From positions 1 through 37,688 of the forward strand of contig QHOP01000093.1 of the NCBI GenBank assembly GCA_003219345.1: a stretch of 37,688 nucleotides of DNA. Reading direction: 5' to 3'. Positions 1 to 9,054 of the stretch are shown here, piece after piece. Under the pieces are notes generated by a model, which saw only the letters and a list, made by a program, of their open reading frames with translations, ran no database searches and was not told the DNA's origin. Source of the stretch: Verrucomicrobiota bacterium. GTDB taxonomy: Bacteria > Verrucomicrobiota > Verrucomicrobiia > Limisphaerales > AV2. The translations under genes were made by a program, and so were the position numbers. The stretch's first letter is position 1; each line of letters begins with the position of its first letter.

Positions 1-139
1 TCCAAACCAGCAATTTTTGCTCTTGTGATAGCAGGCCGTTCTAATAGAATGCGCAGGCCTTTGTGTTGACCAGACTGACCAACAGAGTTTTCCCGTTGGC
101 CCGATTGACGGCCGGACGTCGTCATCGTGTCGTTTGGCT

Positions 140-1429
140 ATGCCCGCCATGATTCATTTGGACACCACTGCCAGAGCAGTCGCCCCTGCGGACGAAGTCG
201 CGAAACCAAAAGGTACGCTGCTGATCGTGGACGACGAAGAGGGCCCGCGGCAATCGCTCCGCATCGTCTTCAAGGACGACTACAACATCCTGCTGGCGGA
301 CAACGGCAACAAAGCCATCGAATTGATGAAGCAACATTCCGTGGACGCGGCGGTGCTGGACATCCGCATGTCCGGGATGTCGGGAGTCGAATTGCTGGGC
401 AAGCTCAAGGAAATAAATCCTGCGGTCGAGGTCATCATGCTGACTGCCTACGAGACGATTGAAACGGCTCGGCAGGCGCTGCGGCTGGGAGCGTGCGATT
501 ATCTGACCAAGCCGTTCGACATTTCCACCATGCGCGCCGCCATTGCCAACGCGATGGAACGCCACCTGGTTTCCGAGGAGATCAACACCAACAACCAGAA
601 GCTGCACGAACTCCAGGAAGAACTCCACAACCAGAAGCTGCAGGAGGAAATCGTCCGGACCAAGGGCGAAATCTACGCCAGCGTCATCCACGACATCAAC
701 GGGCCGCTGACCATCATCTCGGGCTTCATCGAGATCATCAACCAGCACATCAGCAGCGCCACCACCCTCGAAGGAGGCGGCCTGGAGCTGGTCAAAGACC
801 GGCTGGCCCGCATCACCAGGCAGGTCAACAATTGCATCGAAATCTCCCAGCGCTACCTCAGTTTCCTGCGCAATCGCTCCACCGAAAGGGCCCCCATCGG
901 CACCAATCAGATCCTGTCCGACCTCGGCGAACTGCTGAAGGTCCATCCCAGCGCGCATAAGAACGAACTGGTCATCCATTCCCTCAAGGAAGACCTGTTC
1001 GCCGAAATCAACGGTACGGACCTCATTCAGATTCTCCTCAACCTCACGATCAACGCGCTGCAATGCAGTCCTGACCCGCATCGCGTGGAAATTTACGGCC
1101 AGCGCCTGACGCAGCCGGTCGGCCTGTCGCAGTTTCACGACAGTTCGGAAAGCCAGTTCGTTAATCGCGAGGGTCTGCACAACGTCGCGCCGCTCTTGGC
1201 CGTTTCCGTCCAGGACAACGGTCCCGGCATTTCGCCGGATGTCGTCCCCAAAATATTTCAGCCTTTTTTTACAACCAAGACGGCCAACAAAGGCACCGGT
1301 TTGGGGCTGGCCATCGTCCATCGGTTCGTTAAGGAAGGCAAAGGCGCTATCCACCTCCAAACCAAAGTTGGAAAGGGAACGACATTCACGGTTTACCTGC
1401 CCGCGCACGATTTCTCGGTGAAGAAATAA
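140..1429 (+). CDS. Hybrid two-component protein: N-terminal receiver domain fused to a HisKA/HATPase_c histidine kinase core, with no TM or sensor domain
   Basis: ORF 134..1429 (134 is TTG, first ATG at 140). REC signature LLIVDDEEG...LDIRMSGMSG...LTKPF. H-box VIHDINGPL, N-box LLNLTINALQC, G-boxes DNGPGI and GTGLGLAIV. Confidence 0.85.
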   Translation: MPAMIHLDTTARAVAPADEVAKPKGTLLIVDDEEGPRQSLRIVFKDDYNILLADNGNKAIELMKQHSVDAAVLDIRMSGMSGVELLGKLKEINPAVEVIMLTAYETIETARQALRLGACDYLTKPFDISTMRAAIANAMERHLVSEEINTNNQKLHELQEELHNQKLQEEIVRTKGEIYASVIHDINGPLTIISGFIEIINQHISSATTLEGGGLELVKDRLARITRQVNNCIEISQRYLSFLRNRSTERAPIGTNQILSDLGELLKVHPSAHKNELVIHSLKEDLFAEINGTDLIQILLNLTINALQCSPDPHRVEIYGQRLTQPVGLSQFHDSSESQFVNREGLHNVAPLLAVSVQDNGPGISPDVVPKIFQPFFTTKTANKGTGLGLAIVHRFVKEGKGAIHLQTKVGKGTTFTVYLPAHDFSVKK

Positions 1430-1513
1430 TCCCGCCGGTTGCACGGTGTCGGCGATGGGTTCGCGCTCCGAAATGGGCCTTGCGCCTCAACGCACGTGAG
1501 CGCACCTTCAAAC

Positions 1514-1882
1514 ATGAAAACCGTCGCCGTCATCGGCGCTTCCAACGACCGCGCCAAATTCGGCAACAAGGCCGTGCGCGCGTTTCGCCAGCAGGGCTAT
1601 ACCGTCTATCCGGTCAATCCGAAGGGAAAGGAAATCGAAGGCCTGCCGGCTTACCAGAGCATTCTCGATGTGCCGGTCCGGCCGCAAATGGTGAGCGTTT
1701 ATGTGGCGCCGGCGGTGCTGGTGAAAATCCTGCCCGACATCGCCGCCAAAGGATGCGACGAACTCTGGCTGAATCCAGGCGCCGAATCGCAGGAAGTGCT
1801 GGACGACGCGGAGCGGCTTGGCCTGAAAGTCGTTCAGGCCTGCAGCATTATGGGCGTTGGCATCTCGCCTGCCGCGCTGTGA
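1514..1882 (+). CDS. CoA-binding domain protein (YccU/YneT-like)
   Basis: MKTVAVIGASNDRAKFGNKAVRAFRQQGYTVYPVNPKG...EGLPAYQS is the typical CoA_binding_2 N-terminus. The internal ATG at 1514 is preferred over the ORF start at 1439. Confidence 0.8.
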   Translation: MKTVAVIGASNDRAKFGNKAVRAFRQQGYTVYPVNPKGKEIEGLPAYQSILDVPVRPQMVSVYVAPAVLVKILPDIAAKGCDELWLNPGAESQEVLDDAERLGLKVVQACSIMGVGISPAAL

Positions 1883-1978
1883 TGGCCCCCTGGGCTTGCG
1901 GTGAATAACTTTTTGCTTTTGGGCCGTTGAAAGCCTCGCGCCACGACTTATGTTAATCCGCAACCGGATGAGAGTGCC

Positions 1979-2176
1979 ATGAAATCGAAAACGCACAAAG
2001 CGGTCGAACAGCCCGAGCCGTTCACCCCAGGCATCACCAAGGGAATGGTTCGGCAGCATGCATTTGAACTCTATTGCGACAGGCTGCGCGACCGTCCGCT
2101 GACGCTGGAGGATTGGGTGCTCGCGGAAAAAGACCTGGTCAATTCGCTGGAAACCGACGGCTTGCTGAAGCGATGA
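1979..2176 (+). CDS. Small DUF2934-like protein
   Basis: 65-aa ORF. The segment RQHAFELYCDRLRDRPLTLEDWVLAEKDL resembles the DUF2934 ...A.ELW...G...G..LEDWL.AE motif. Confidence 0.5.
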   Translation: MKSKTHKAVEQPEPFTPGITKGMVRQHAFELYCDRLRDRPLTLEDWVLAEKDLVNSLETDGLLKR

Positions 2177-2192
2177 GCCGTCGCGTCCGACG

Positions 2193-2260
2193 CAAACTGC
2201 GCTGGTGCGGATGAAAGGCCCGTAAGATGGCTGAGCCTGTGCCAGCGCAGTTTGTTTTTC
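2193..2260 (+). terminator. Putative intrinsic terminator downstream of the DUF2934-like gene
   Basis: 13-bp perfect inverted repeat caaactgcgctgg (2193-2205) / ccagcgcagtttg (2242-2254), followed by tttttc. The 36-nt loop is long. Confidence 0.4.
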
Positions 2261-2392
2261 CCCGGCTGAAAATTTCTTTTCCCCGCACAGTCATTTCCTG
2301 ATTCAATCCCGCCGTCATGAAACTTCCAGTCGTCGGTCCCCGCGGGCGGGAGCATGCGCTGGTGTCGAACTGGCGCAATCACCGCACGACGC

Positions 2393-2420
2393 TTGACTTT
2401 TCAGCGAACGCCGACACAAT
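2393..2420 (+). promoter_or_regulatory. Possible sigma70-like promoter of the VapBC cassette
   Basis: TTGACT (2393-2398), 16-nt spacer, CACAAT (2415-2420). The predicted TSS falls near the second in-frame ATG (2428), which would give a leaderless antitoxin mRNA. Confidence 0.25.
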
Positions 2421-2670
2421 GTCCGACATGAAAACTTTCACGGTCAGGGAACTGGATCGCGAGCCGGCGGCGGTGCTGGATGCGGCGGATAAAGACGGCG
2501 TGGTGCGCATTAAGCGTCGCGATGGGCGGCTCTATTCTTTGCAACCGGTGGCGGCGCCGCGCAAAATCACGTCGCTGCCTGACTTCGCGGCCCGGCGCAA
2601 AGCCATTTTCCCCAGGACCATTCCGGCGTCTCGAGTCCGGTTGGCGGACAAACTCATCGCCGGCGAATGA
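2419..2670 (+). CDS. Type II antitoxin (VapB/Phd-YefM-like)
   Basis: 83-aa product MSDMKTFTVRELDREPAAVLDAADKDGVVRIKRRDG. Its stop overlaps the PIN toxin start by 4 nt (ATGA at 2667). Confidence 0.7.
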   Translation: MSDMKTFTVRELDREPAAVLDAADKDGVVRIKRRDGRLYSLQPVAAPRKITSLPDFAARRKAIFPRTIPASRVRLADKLIAGE

Positions 2671-3134
2671 GTCCTTACGCGGACACAAACTTCTTCACGC
2701 GGTCGTACCTCCAACTGCCCGACAGCCCGGAGGCGGATCGTCTCCTGGCGACGGCCAGACGAGGTGAAGCCGCCCCGCTTCCGCTGACCTGGTTGCACCG
2801 GCTGGAAGTTCTGAACGCATTTCAACTTCACGTTTTCATCGGACGCGAAGGCGGTCAGACCTTCGTCTCCCCGGAGCAGGCCGCGCTCGCCCACGCGAAT
2901 TTCCGCAGCGACATTCAAAGCGCAGAGTTTCTGCGGTCGGCTGTCATTCCTGCGGCGGAACTTGAAAAGCAATTCGAGGAACTCTCCCTCCGGCATACGG
3001 CGAAGCACGGCTTTCGCACCTACGACCTGTTGCACGTGGCCTCTGCCTTGTTGCTCAAGTGCGACAGCTTCTGGAGCTTCGATCCCAAGGCGTCGAAGCT
3101 GGCCGCGCTGGAAGGGTTCAAAGTCCGCCGCTGA
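2667..3134 (+). CDS. vapC: PIN-domain toxin (VapC-like ribonuclease)
   Basis: Acidic PIN residues are present: YADTNFF (D6), LHRLEVLNA, TYDLLHVASAL, WSFDPK. Translationally coupled to the upstream antitoxin. Confidence 0.8.
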   Translation: MSPYADTNFFTRSYLQLPDSPEADRLLATARRGEAAPLPLTWLHRLEVLNAFQLHVFIGREGGQTFVSPEQAALAHANFRSDIQSAEFLRSAVIPAAELEKQFEELSLRHTAKHGFRTYDLLHVASALLLKCDSFWSFDPKASKLAALEGFKVRR

Positions 3135-3138
3135 ATCA

Positions 3139-4431
3139 ATGAAACTCCTGGTCATCGGTTCGGGCGGACGCGAACACGCGTTGGTCTGGAAACTGGCGCA
3201 GTCGCCGCACGTCACTCGCATGTGGTGCGCGCCGGGGAACGCGGGGATTCAACAGGAGCAAACAGAGAAAACGAAGAGGCCTGTCGAGTGTGTGAATGTC
3301 GGCGCGGAGGATTTGCCTGGGCTGCTCGCGTTCGCGCAGGAGAAAAAACCCGATCTCACCGTCGTAGGACCGGATAATCCGCTCGCGCTGGGCATCGTGG
3401 ATTTATTTCAGCGGAACGGTCTGCGGGTTTGGGGAGCCAATCGGAAGGCGGCGCAGTTCGAGTCGTCCAAAGCTTTTTCCCAGCGGTTCATGGAGAAATA
3501 TGGCATCCCGACGGCGCGTTCGGGAACTTTCAGCGAGCCGGCAGCGGCCAGGAAGTTTGCGGCGTCGCTCGGCGGGCGCTGCGCGGTGAAGGCCGACGGC
3601 CTGGCGCTCGGCAAAGGCGTGTTGCTCACCACCAATTTAGCTGAGGCGGAGAAGGCCATCGACGAAATCATGGTTGGCAAAGTGTTTGGCGCTGCGGGCA
3701 CGAAAATCGTCATCCAGGAATTTCTCGAAGGCATGGAAATCTCTTTGCACGCGCTGTGTGACGGCAAAGTGGCGAAACTTTTTCCGACGGCGCAGGACCA
3801 CAAGCGTGCGCTGGACAATAACGAGGGATTGAACACCGGGGGCATGGGCGCGTATTCGCCCACGCCGTTCTTGACGGACGCGCAACTCGTTGACGTCGCC
3901 AAGATGATTCTCGACCCATTCCTGCGCGGTTGCACGGAGGAGGGGATTGATTTCCGCGGCATTATTTATCCGGGAGTGATGCTGACGAAGGACGAGCCGA
4001 AGGTGCTGGAGTTCAACGCACGTTTTGGCGACCCGGAAACGCAGGTCTATCTTACGCGGCTGGAAAACGACTTCGTCGAATTGCTCGATGCGAGCGTCAA
4101 CGGCACGCTCGGCACAATGGAATTGAAATGGAGTCCGCTGGCGTCGGTCTGCGTGGTGATGGCCTCAGGCGGTTATCCCGGCAGCTACGCGAAGGGCAAA
4201 CCGATTCACGGCCTGGATGGCGCAGCGCGGCTGCCGAACGTTAAAGTGTTCCACGCAGGCACAGCGCGGGCGGGTGAGCAAATCGTGACGAGCGGGGGTC
4301 GTGTGCTCGGAGTAACGGCGTGGGCGAAGGATTTACAGGCGGCGCAGTCAGCCGCCTACGCGGTAGTGGAGCGGATTAAGTTCGAAGGGGCTCATTTCCG
4401 CCGCGATATCGCCGCCAAAGCGCTGGGCTGA
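3139..4431 (+). CDS. purD: Phosphoribosylamine-glycine ligase
   Basis: MKLLVIGSGGREHALVWKLAQSP..., ATP-grasp core GLALGKGV, EFNARFGDPETQ, C-terminal GGRVLGVTA. ATG at 3139 is chosen over the 2962 ORF start, which overlaps vapC. Confidence 0.95.
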   Translation: MKLLVIGSGGREHALVWKLAQSPHVTRMWCAPGNAGIQQEQTEKTKRPVECVNVGAEDLPGLLAFAQEKKPDLTVVGPDNPLALGIVDLFQRNGLRVWGANRKAAQFESSKAFSQRFMEKYGIPTARSGTFSEPAAARKFAASLGGRCAVKADGLALGKGVLLTTNLAEAEKAIDEIMVGKVFGAAGTKIVIQEFLEGMEISLHALCDGKVAKLFPTAQDHKRALDNNEGLNTGGMGAYSPTPFLTDAQLVDVAKMILDPFLRGCTEEGIDFRGIIYPGVMLTKDEPKVLEFNARFGDPETQVYLTRLENDFVELLDASVNGTLGTMELKWSPLASVCVVMASGGYPGSYAKGKPIHGLDGAARLPNVKVFHAGTARAGEQIVTSGGRVLGVTAWAKDLQAAQSAAYAVVERIKFEGAHFRRDIAAKALG

Positions 4432-4432
4432 G

Positions 4433-5179
4433 TCATTGGCCCGCGGACTGCGGACTCGTATGCTGCTTTTCCCAGGCGTCGAAATTTCCATCATCTGACG
4501 TTGCCTCGACGATGCGTCCATCCCCATACGCATAAAGCCGCGCCCACTTCCCGTCCGGCTTGCGGTGCTCCTCCGGGTCGCGCAAGAGCAAAGCATTGGC
4601 TGGAACAACGATTTCTGGCCTATCTGAGACAAGCTGAAAGAGACGCAGTCCGAGCATGGATTCTCCCGCGGAGGTAGAGAAATAGTTTCTTAGTTGAAGC
4701 AAGTCGGTGGGGGTTTGATTGGTGTGATCGCTTGCGAACCTTTGCAACGCCTGCGGTAATTGAAGGCAAATGTTTCTCATGGCTTCCCGTTTCTCCGTCA
4801 GGAGCCCCTGCTGGAGTTCTCCCGGCGACATCGTGGTCGGCTGGTTTTGTGTCGTGTTCAACCGGGCCTCGAGCCGGCGATTTTCCTCCCGCAACAGTTG
4901 AGTCGCGTTTGTTTGCCGGCGAAGCATCCCCACTTCCCCCCGCAGTCTCATCAATTCCCTGAACTGTTCGTCGGAGAACGCTGCTTTCGCCTGGGCGACA
5001 AGGTTCGACAGGCGCCGGTTCTCCGCCGTTGACTCTGCCAGTCGGTCGGTTTGCTGCCGTAGAGCCGCGCGCTTTTCGCGCAATCCGGCCCTGGCATCGC
5101 GTTGGACCACCACCGGCGTCGCGAGGCTGGCCAAAATCACCGCGCTGACGATGCCGAGTTTGACCGGTATCATGTTCAT
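4433..5179 (-). CDS. Membrane-anchored coiled-coil protein with a type-A C-terminal domain; partner of the upstream ECF sigma fusion
   Basis: Start MNMIPVKLGIVSAVILASLATPVVV (N-terminal anchor). Heptad-rich LRQQTDRLAESTAENRRLSNLVAQ...LRGEVGMLRRQTN. C-terminus ...KWARLYAYGDGRIVEATSDDGNFDAWEKQH is paralogous to the C-terminus of 5176..6612. Its ATG overlaps the upstream stop (ATGA at 5176-5179). Confidence 0.75.
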   Translation of the reverse strand: MNMIPVKLGIVSAVILASLATPVVVQRDARAGLREKRAALRQQTDRLAESTAENRRLSNLVAQAKAAFSDEQFRELMRLRGEVGMLRRQTNATQLLREENRRLEARLNTTQNQPTTMSPGELQQGLLTEKREAMRNICLQLPQALQRFASDHTNQTPTDLLQLRNYFSTSAGESMLGLRLFQLVSDRPEIVVPANALLLRDPEEHRKPDGKWARLYAYGDGRIVEATSDDGNFDAWEKQHTSPQSAGQ

Positions 5180-6612
5180 TGGTTTGCCGGCGTGGCCGCA
5201 TGCTCTTTCTCCCACGCGTCGAAGTTTCCATCCGCTGAACTGTGGGTCTGGGAAGCGCCATCGGCAAAACCATAGACCCTTGACCAGGTGCCGTCCGGCC
5301 ATTGGTAGGCCTGCTTTTCCCGCAGCACAATGACGTTTCCCGCATTCGTAAGCGCATTTCGCGATCCTCGATAAACGATTTCGAACTGGTTGGTCACTTG
5401 AGTAAACTGAGCCAAATCGTCCAGAACCGGATCAGCGTTGAACGCCTCCGCGAAATAGCGGGCCGCCTGATCAAAACTCGCGGGAAACTGATCTTGGTTG
5501 TCCAAGGAATAAAGGAGAAACGCGAAGAGAAAATCCTTGGCGACACGCGCTCTAGCGACGACTTCCTCTTTTAACTGCAAGGGTGTTTTCGCTTGATCCG
5601 ACTGCTGTGCATTCTGCTCCCGCAGCCTGCGATTTTCCTCCTGCAACGCGGCCAGATCATTTGTCTGTTGCCGCAGCATCGCCGCTTCGTCGCGAAGTCT
5701 CAGCAGTTCGCTTGAGCGATCGTCCGCGCCTGGGGCCTGCGCCAGCAGATTGGACAGCCGCTCGCGCTCGCTCTGCAATCGAGCCAGCTCATCCGCCTGC
5801 TGCCGGGACGATGCGTCCGCTGCGCGCATCCTGGCCTGGGCTTGATGTTGAATCACCAAAGTCGTCGCCACGCTGGCAGCGGCGATGGCGCCGATAATGC
5901 CGGTTTTGAGTTTGGTCGCGGTCATGAATTTCAAGAGAGTGAGTGTCGTTCCGCCGGCAGCGGCGCCGCCGGCGATTGATCCGCCGGTGAGTGTCGCGAC
6001 AAAGGCGGTCGGAGCGGCAGTAGTGGCATTGCCCGTGAGTGCCAGAGCCAGGGCTGTCGCTGTCGAGGTCACGCCTTTACGCGCGAGTTGGGCGCGCAGT
6101 TTTTCCAGCGCGCGCTCCACGCGCATTCGCGCCGCGTTCTCGCTCAGTCCCAACCTGGCGCCCACTTCCTTAAGGCTTTGGTTCTGGAAATAGCGGAGCA
6201 ACACAGCGACGCGGTCCTTTTCGCCGAGTCTGTGCATGGCTTCGTCCAGCACGGGAAGGAGGTCGTCCCAGGCCGGCTCGGATGCGGGATTGCGGAGGAG
6301 TTCATTCATGGAATTGGCCTCCTGTTCGCGCGCCTTCCGCCGTTGTTCCGTGCGATTGGCGCGCAGCGCTACCAGGCGCGTCGTCGTGTAGAGCCAGCCG
6401 GCCAGCGCGGGATGGTTCCTGAGGCGTCGCGCCTGCCGGGCGAGCTCAGTGAAGACTTGCTGCGTCACGTCCTGGGCGCGATGGATGTCGCCGCCTGCCA
6501 GTCGCAACGCGGCGGAATAGACAAGGTCCACGTGCCGCCGAATCAGTTCGGTGAAGGCGGATTCCGACCGCTCGGAGGCGTACCGGCCCAACAATTCAGC
6601 GTCTTCACTCAT
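5176..6612 (-). CDS. ECF sigma factor fused to a hydrophobic anchor, coiled coil and type-A C-terminal domain
   Basis: Sigma70 region 2 (FTELIRRHVDLVYSAALRL...DVTQQVF...AGWLYTTTRL). Region 4 (LLRYFQNQSLKEVGARLGLSENAARMRVERALEKLR). Then TATKLKTGIIGAIAAASVATTLVI, the coiled coil LARLQSERERLSNLLAQ...LRDEAAMLRQQTNDLAALQEENRRLREQ, and ...WSRVYGFADGASQTHSSADGNFDAWEKEH. Confidence 0.9.
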   Translation of the reverse strand: MSEDAELLGRYASERSESAFTELIRRHVDLVYSAALRLAGGDIHRAQDVTQQVFTELARQARRLRNHPALAGWLYTTTRLVALRANRTEQRRKAREQEANSMNELLRNPASEPAWDDLLPVLDEAMHRLGEKDRVAVLLRYFQNQSLKEVGARLGLSENAARMRVERALEKLRAQLARKGVTSTATALALALTGNATTAAPTAFVATLTGGSIAGGAAAGGTTLTLLKFMTATKLKTGIIGAIAAASVATTLVIQHQAQARMRAADASSRQQADELARLQSERERLSNLLAQAPGADDRSSELLRLRDEAAMLRQQTNDLAALQEENRRLREQNAQQSDQAKTPLQLKEEVVARARVAKDFLFAFLLYSLDNQDQFPASFDQAARYFAEAFNADPVLDDLAQFTQVTNQFEIVYRGSRNALTNAGNVIVLREKQAYQWPDGTWSRVYGFADGASQTHSSADGNFDAWEKEHAATPANQ

Positions 6613-6625
6613 CGCGTCTCATTAG

Positions 6626-6655
6626 TTAATGCCCGCGGGACGTGAAAATCGCACT
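6626..6655 (-). promoter_or_regulatory. Conserved upstream element of the sigma array (copy for 5176..6612)
   Basis: Minus-strand AGTGCGATTTT, 18-nt spacer, CATTAA. The -10-like hexamer ends 13 nt before the ATG. See the motif finding. Confidence 0.3.
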
Positions 6656-6801
6656 GGAAAATTTTTGGTGTTTATCGCGCGGAATGGCACGACGCGGGGG
6701 CGAAGGGATTTTCGGAGCGCGCGCGATACGGGCAGCCATCGGAAAAATTCATTTCCGCCGACGCGCATTTCCGCGCTACAATGCGCCAAGGATGCGACGG
6801 C

Positions 6802-7445
6802 TTATTGCCGGGCGGGTGTCGAAATGATGTGTTCTGCCTCCCAGGCCTTAAAGTCGTCGTCCGACTCAATAATCTGCGAGCTTCCGTCAGCCATGCAGTA
6901 AACGCGCGCCTGCTTTCCACTGGGTGCAATAAAAGTTTGCCGGTCGCGAATTACGGCCACTGCGCCTCGTGGAATGCCTTTCAGTTCGTTGAGCGATCCA
7001 CGATAGACGATGTCAAATTGGTTTGTGCCGCTCAGCGGATAGTCGCGCAGATACTTGGCGACCTGATCCAGGCTTGAGGGGAAACGGTCTTGATGGTCCA
7101 AGGCATACATGCCGAATGCGAGGCCGAGATTCCGGGCATCGATGGGCCCTGGCGATTGCTTTTAAGTTGGGCTGCCAGTTCGTTGGTTTGTTTTTGCAGC
7201 ATCTCCGCCCGACTGCGCAGTTTGGCCAGTTCGTTCCACTGGCTGTTCGTCGAGCTCTTCGCCTCAGCGATCCGATTGGAAAGCTGTTCTCCTTCTGCGA
7301 TCAGCTCGGTCAGTTGCTTGTCTTGCCGGCGGAACACCCCATCGTTTTCGCGCATCTTCGCCTGGGAGTTGAGGTGGAGGATCAAGGTTATTGCCAGACC
7401 GATGGCGATAGTGGCGATGATTAGAGTGATTTTGAGTTTTTTCAT
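6802..7445 (-). pseudogene. Frameshifted type-A membrane-anchored coiled-coil partner gene
   Basis: ORF 7032..7445 gives the anchor and coiled coil (MKKLKITLIIATIAIGLAITLIL...LRSRAEMLQKQTNELAAQL). ORF 6802..7110, in another frame, gives the type-A domain (MYALDHQDRFPSSLDQVAKY...NQFDIVYRGS...ARVYCMADGSSQIIESDDDFKAWEAEH). Homology in the second frame extends upstream to a TAA at 7162-7164, so the shift lies in 7144-7161 (cgccagggccc). Confidence 0.75.
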
Positions 7446-7485
7446 AATTCGATTCCAATGAGACGTGAAGGTTCGACTTTCCCCG

Positions 7486-8988
7486 TCAGCGAGTTTTTAC
7501 CCACCGATTGGTCACCCTGCTATCAGCCATGCCCCCGTACGTCATGCCGATCGTGAAACGCAAATCCCACGTTTCATCCACTGGTGCTTTTTGCGTAATC
7601 ACCCACTCGTCCCCTTGCTGCAATTTGCTGACTAGGCTGTCTGCCTGCACAATCTCGTAACGTTCCAGAATGGCCTCATCTACGGGCGATCTAAAATAGG
7701 GTGACAGTTCTGAAAGTGCGCTCGGGAACTGGCCATTGTTGGCTTTGCTGTAATTGCGTAACGCGCCGGCCAGGATGTCGAGGACGCGCGATTCCGCATT
7801 TGCCCTGACGATACTCATGGCGCGGCGACATTCCTCGTCGCTGCTGAGGGTGTTCGGATAAATTGAGTCGATCCAATCCTGCTCGCCGAGAAACTGAAGT
7901 TCTGGAATTTTCCCGGCGGGATTTGCTTCCAGCCATTGCTTAAGATGATTTGCGCGCTCCGACCAGACTTCTTCTGCCGTTGCCAGCGCATTGCTTCCAG
8001 TCGCCGGATCTGAGGCCATCAGTCGCGTCAATTCCCGAACATCCCGGTTCAAACGACCGACTTGGCCCCGGAGTCGCAGCAGGTCGTTGTACTGGCCGCT
8101 GGGAAGTGATCTTGAACTGTTTGCCTCCGCGAGCAGGTTTGCGAGGCGCTCATTTTCTTTTTGAAGCTCAGCCAACCGGCCTGCTTGTCGTTGCAGCGCG
8201 CGGTCTTGTTCGGCCAGTTTCGTTTGAGCGCGGTGCTGAACCAACACCGGCGTTATTACGCTTGCAACGACGATCGCGGCGACCAGAAGTTTTTGTGTTG
8301 CAGTCATGGCGATGGTTTCGACGGTGGTCGCGATGGTTGTTCCGACAAGAGCGGCGGCAGTCGAAATGGTAACCGCCAGCCCAACCGGCGCGGCTTGGAC
8401 GGCATTGGCCGAGATGACGACGACCAGTCCGCTTGCGCCGATGGTGACGCCGCGTTTGGCGAAGAAGTCGCGCAGGCGTTCCACGGCGCGGCTGACGCGT
8501 TTTTGCGCAGCGTCTTCGCTCGTGCCGAGAGTTTGGGCCATCTCTCGCGCGGACATGCGTTCAAAGTAGCGCAGCAAAAGCGCGTCGCGGTCCGCCTCGC
8601 TCAGTTCGCCAATGGCGGCATCGAGGTGCGGGGCGATGTGTTCCCAGAGAGCGTTGGGTTCGGCGGAAAGCAGTTCGTTCATGGCGACGGCCTCCTGTTC
8701 GCGGGCGCGACGGCGCACATCGGTGCGGACGGTCTGCGCGGCGATGTTTTGCGCGGTGCGGTGCAGCCAACCGGACAGCACCGGACGATCCGCGAGTTGG
8801 GCGAAGTTTTTCGCGAGCGCGACGAACACGCCTTGAGTCACATCTTCCGCGAGGTGCGAATCACAAACCATCCGAAGCGCGGCGGAATAGACGAAATCGA
8901 CATGGCGGCGCACCAGTTCGGCGAACGCTGGTTCGGAGCGGTGTTCAGCGTAGGCGCGCAGCAGTTGTGAGTCGGTCTGGTCGTTCAC
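7486..8988 (-). CDS. ECF sigma factor fused to an anchor, coiled coil and type-B C-terminal domain
   Basis: GTG start. Region 2 FAELVRRHVDFVYSAALRM...DVTQGVF...SGWLHRTAQN. Region 4 LLRYFERMSAREMAQTLGTSEDAAQKRVSRAVERLR. Conserved SANAVQAAPVGLA, anchor LLVAAIVVASVITPVLV, coiled coil LAELQKENERLANLLAE...LRLRGQVGRLNRDV. Type-B domain IPELQFLGEQDWIDS...NNGQFPSALSELSPYF...ILERYEIV...EWVITQKAPV. Confidence 0.9.
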   Translation of the reverse strand: MNDQTDSQLLRAYAEHRSEPAFAELVRRHVDFVYSAALRMVCDSHLAEDVTQGVFVALAKNFAQLADRPVLSGWLHRTAQNIAAQTVRTDVRRRAREQEAVAMNELLSAEPNALWEHIAPHLDAAIGELSEADRDALLLRYFERMSAREMAQTLGTSEDAAQKRVSRAVERLRDFFAKRGVTIGASGLVVVISANAVQAAPVGLAVTISTAAALVGTTIATTVETIAMTATQKLLVAAIVVASVITPVLVQHRAQTKLAEQDRALQRQAGRLAELQKENERLANLLAEANSSRSLPSGQYNDLLRLRGQVGRLNRDVRELTRLMASDPATGSNALATAEEVWSERANHLKQWLEANPAGKIPELQFLGEQDWIDSIYPNTLSSDEECRRAMSIVRANAESRVLDILAGALRNYSKANNGQFPSALSELSPYFRSPVDEAILERYEIVQADSLVSKLQQGDEWVITQKAPVDETWDLRFTIGMTYGGMADSRVTNRWVKTR

Positions 8989-9035
8989 TCACCCAATAGT
9001 AGCCGCCGCCGCCCAAATCGGACAGGGAATGTAGC
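8809..9035. repeat. Direct repeat copy A: promoter region plus the first ~180 nt of sigma gene 7486..8988
   Basis: 8942-9035 matches 9724-9817 over 94 bp with no mismatch seen by eye. 8809-8868 matches 9664-9723 with one mismatch. 8869-8941 has no counterpart in copy B. Confidence 0.9.
8996..9024 (-). promoter_or_regulatory. Conserved upstream element of the sigma array (copy for 7486..8988)
   Basis: Minus-strand TGTCCGATTT, 17-nt spacer, TACTAT. The -10-like hexamer ends 7 nt before the GTG start. Confidence 0.3.
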
Positions 9036-9054
9036 GGTGGGAGAGCAACGGACC

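Noticed and set aside
122-1444. 440-aa ORF antisense to the receiver-histidine kinase gene
   Set aside because: It is Arg/Gly/Val-rich with no recognisable motifs, and it mirrors a well-supported gene on the opposite strand. This is a typical high-GC antisense artefact.
2962-3138. N-terminal 59-codon extension of the purD ORF
   Set aside because: It overlaps the PIN toxin gene in another frame. purD homology begins exactly at the ATG at 3139 (MKLLVIGSGGREHA).
8161-8970. 269-aa plus-strand ORF, with similar ORFs at 11540..12277 and 6088..6645
   Set aside because: All are antisense to ECF sigma genes that have clear region 2/4 signatures.
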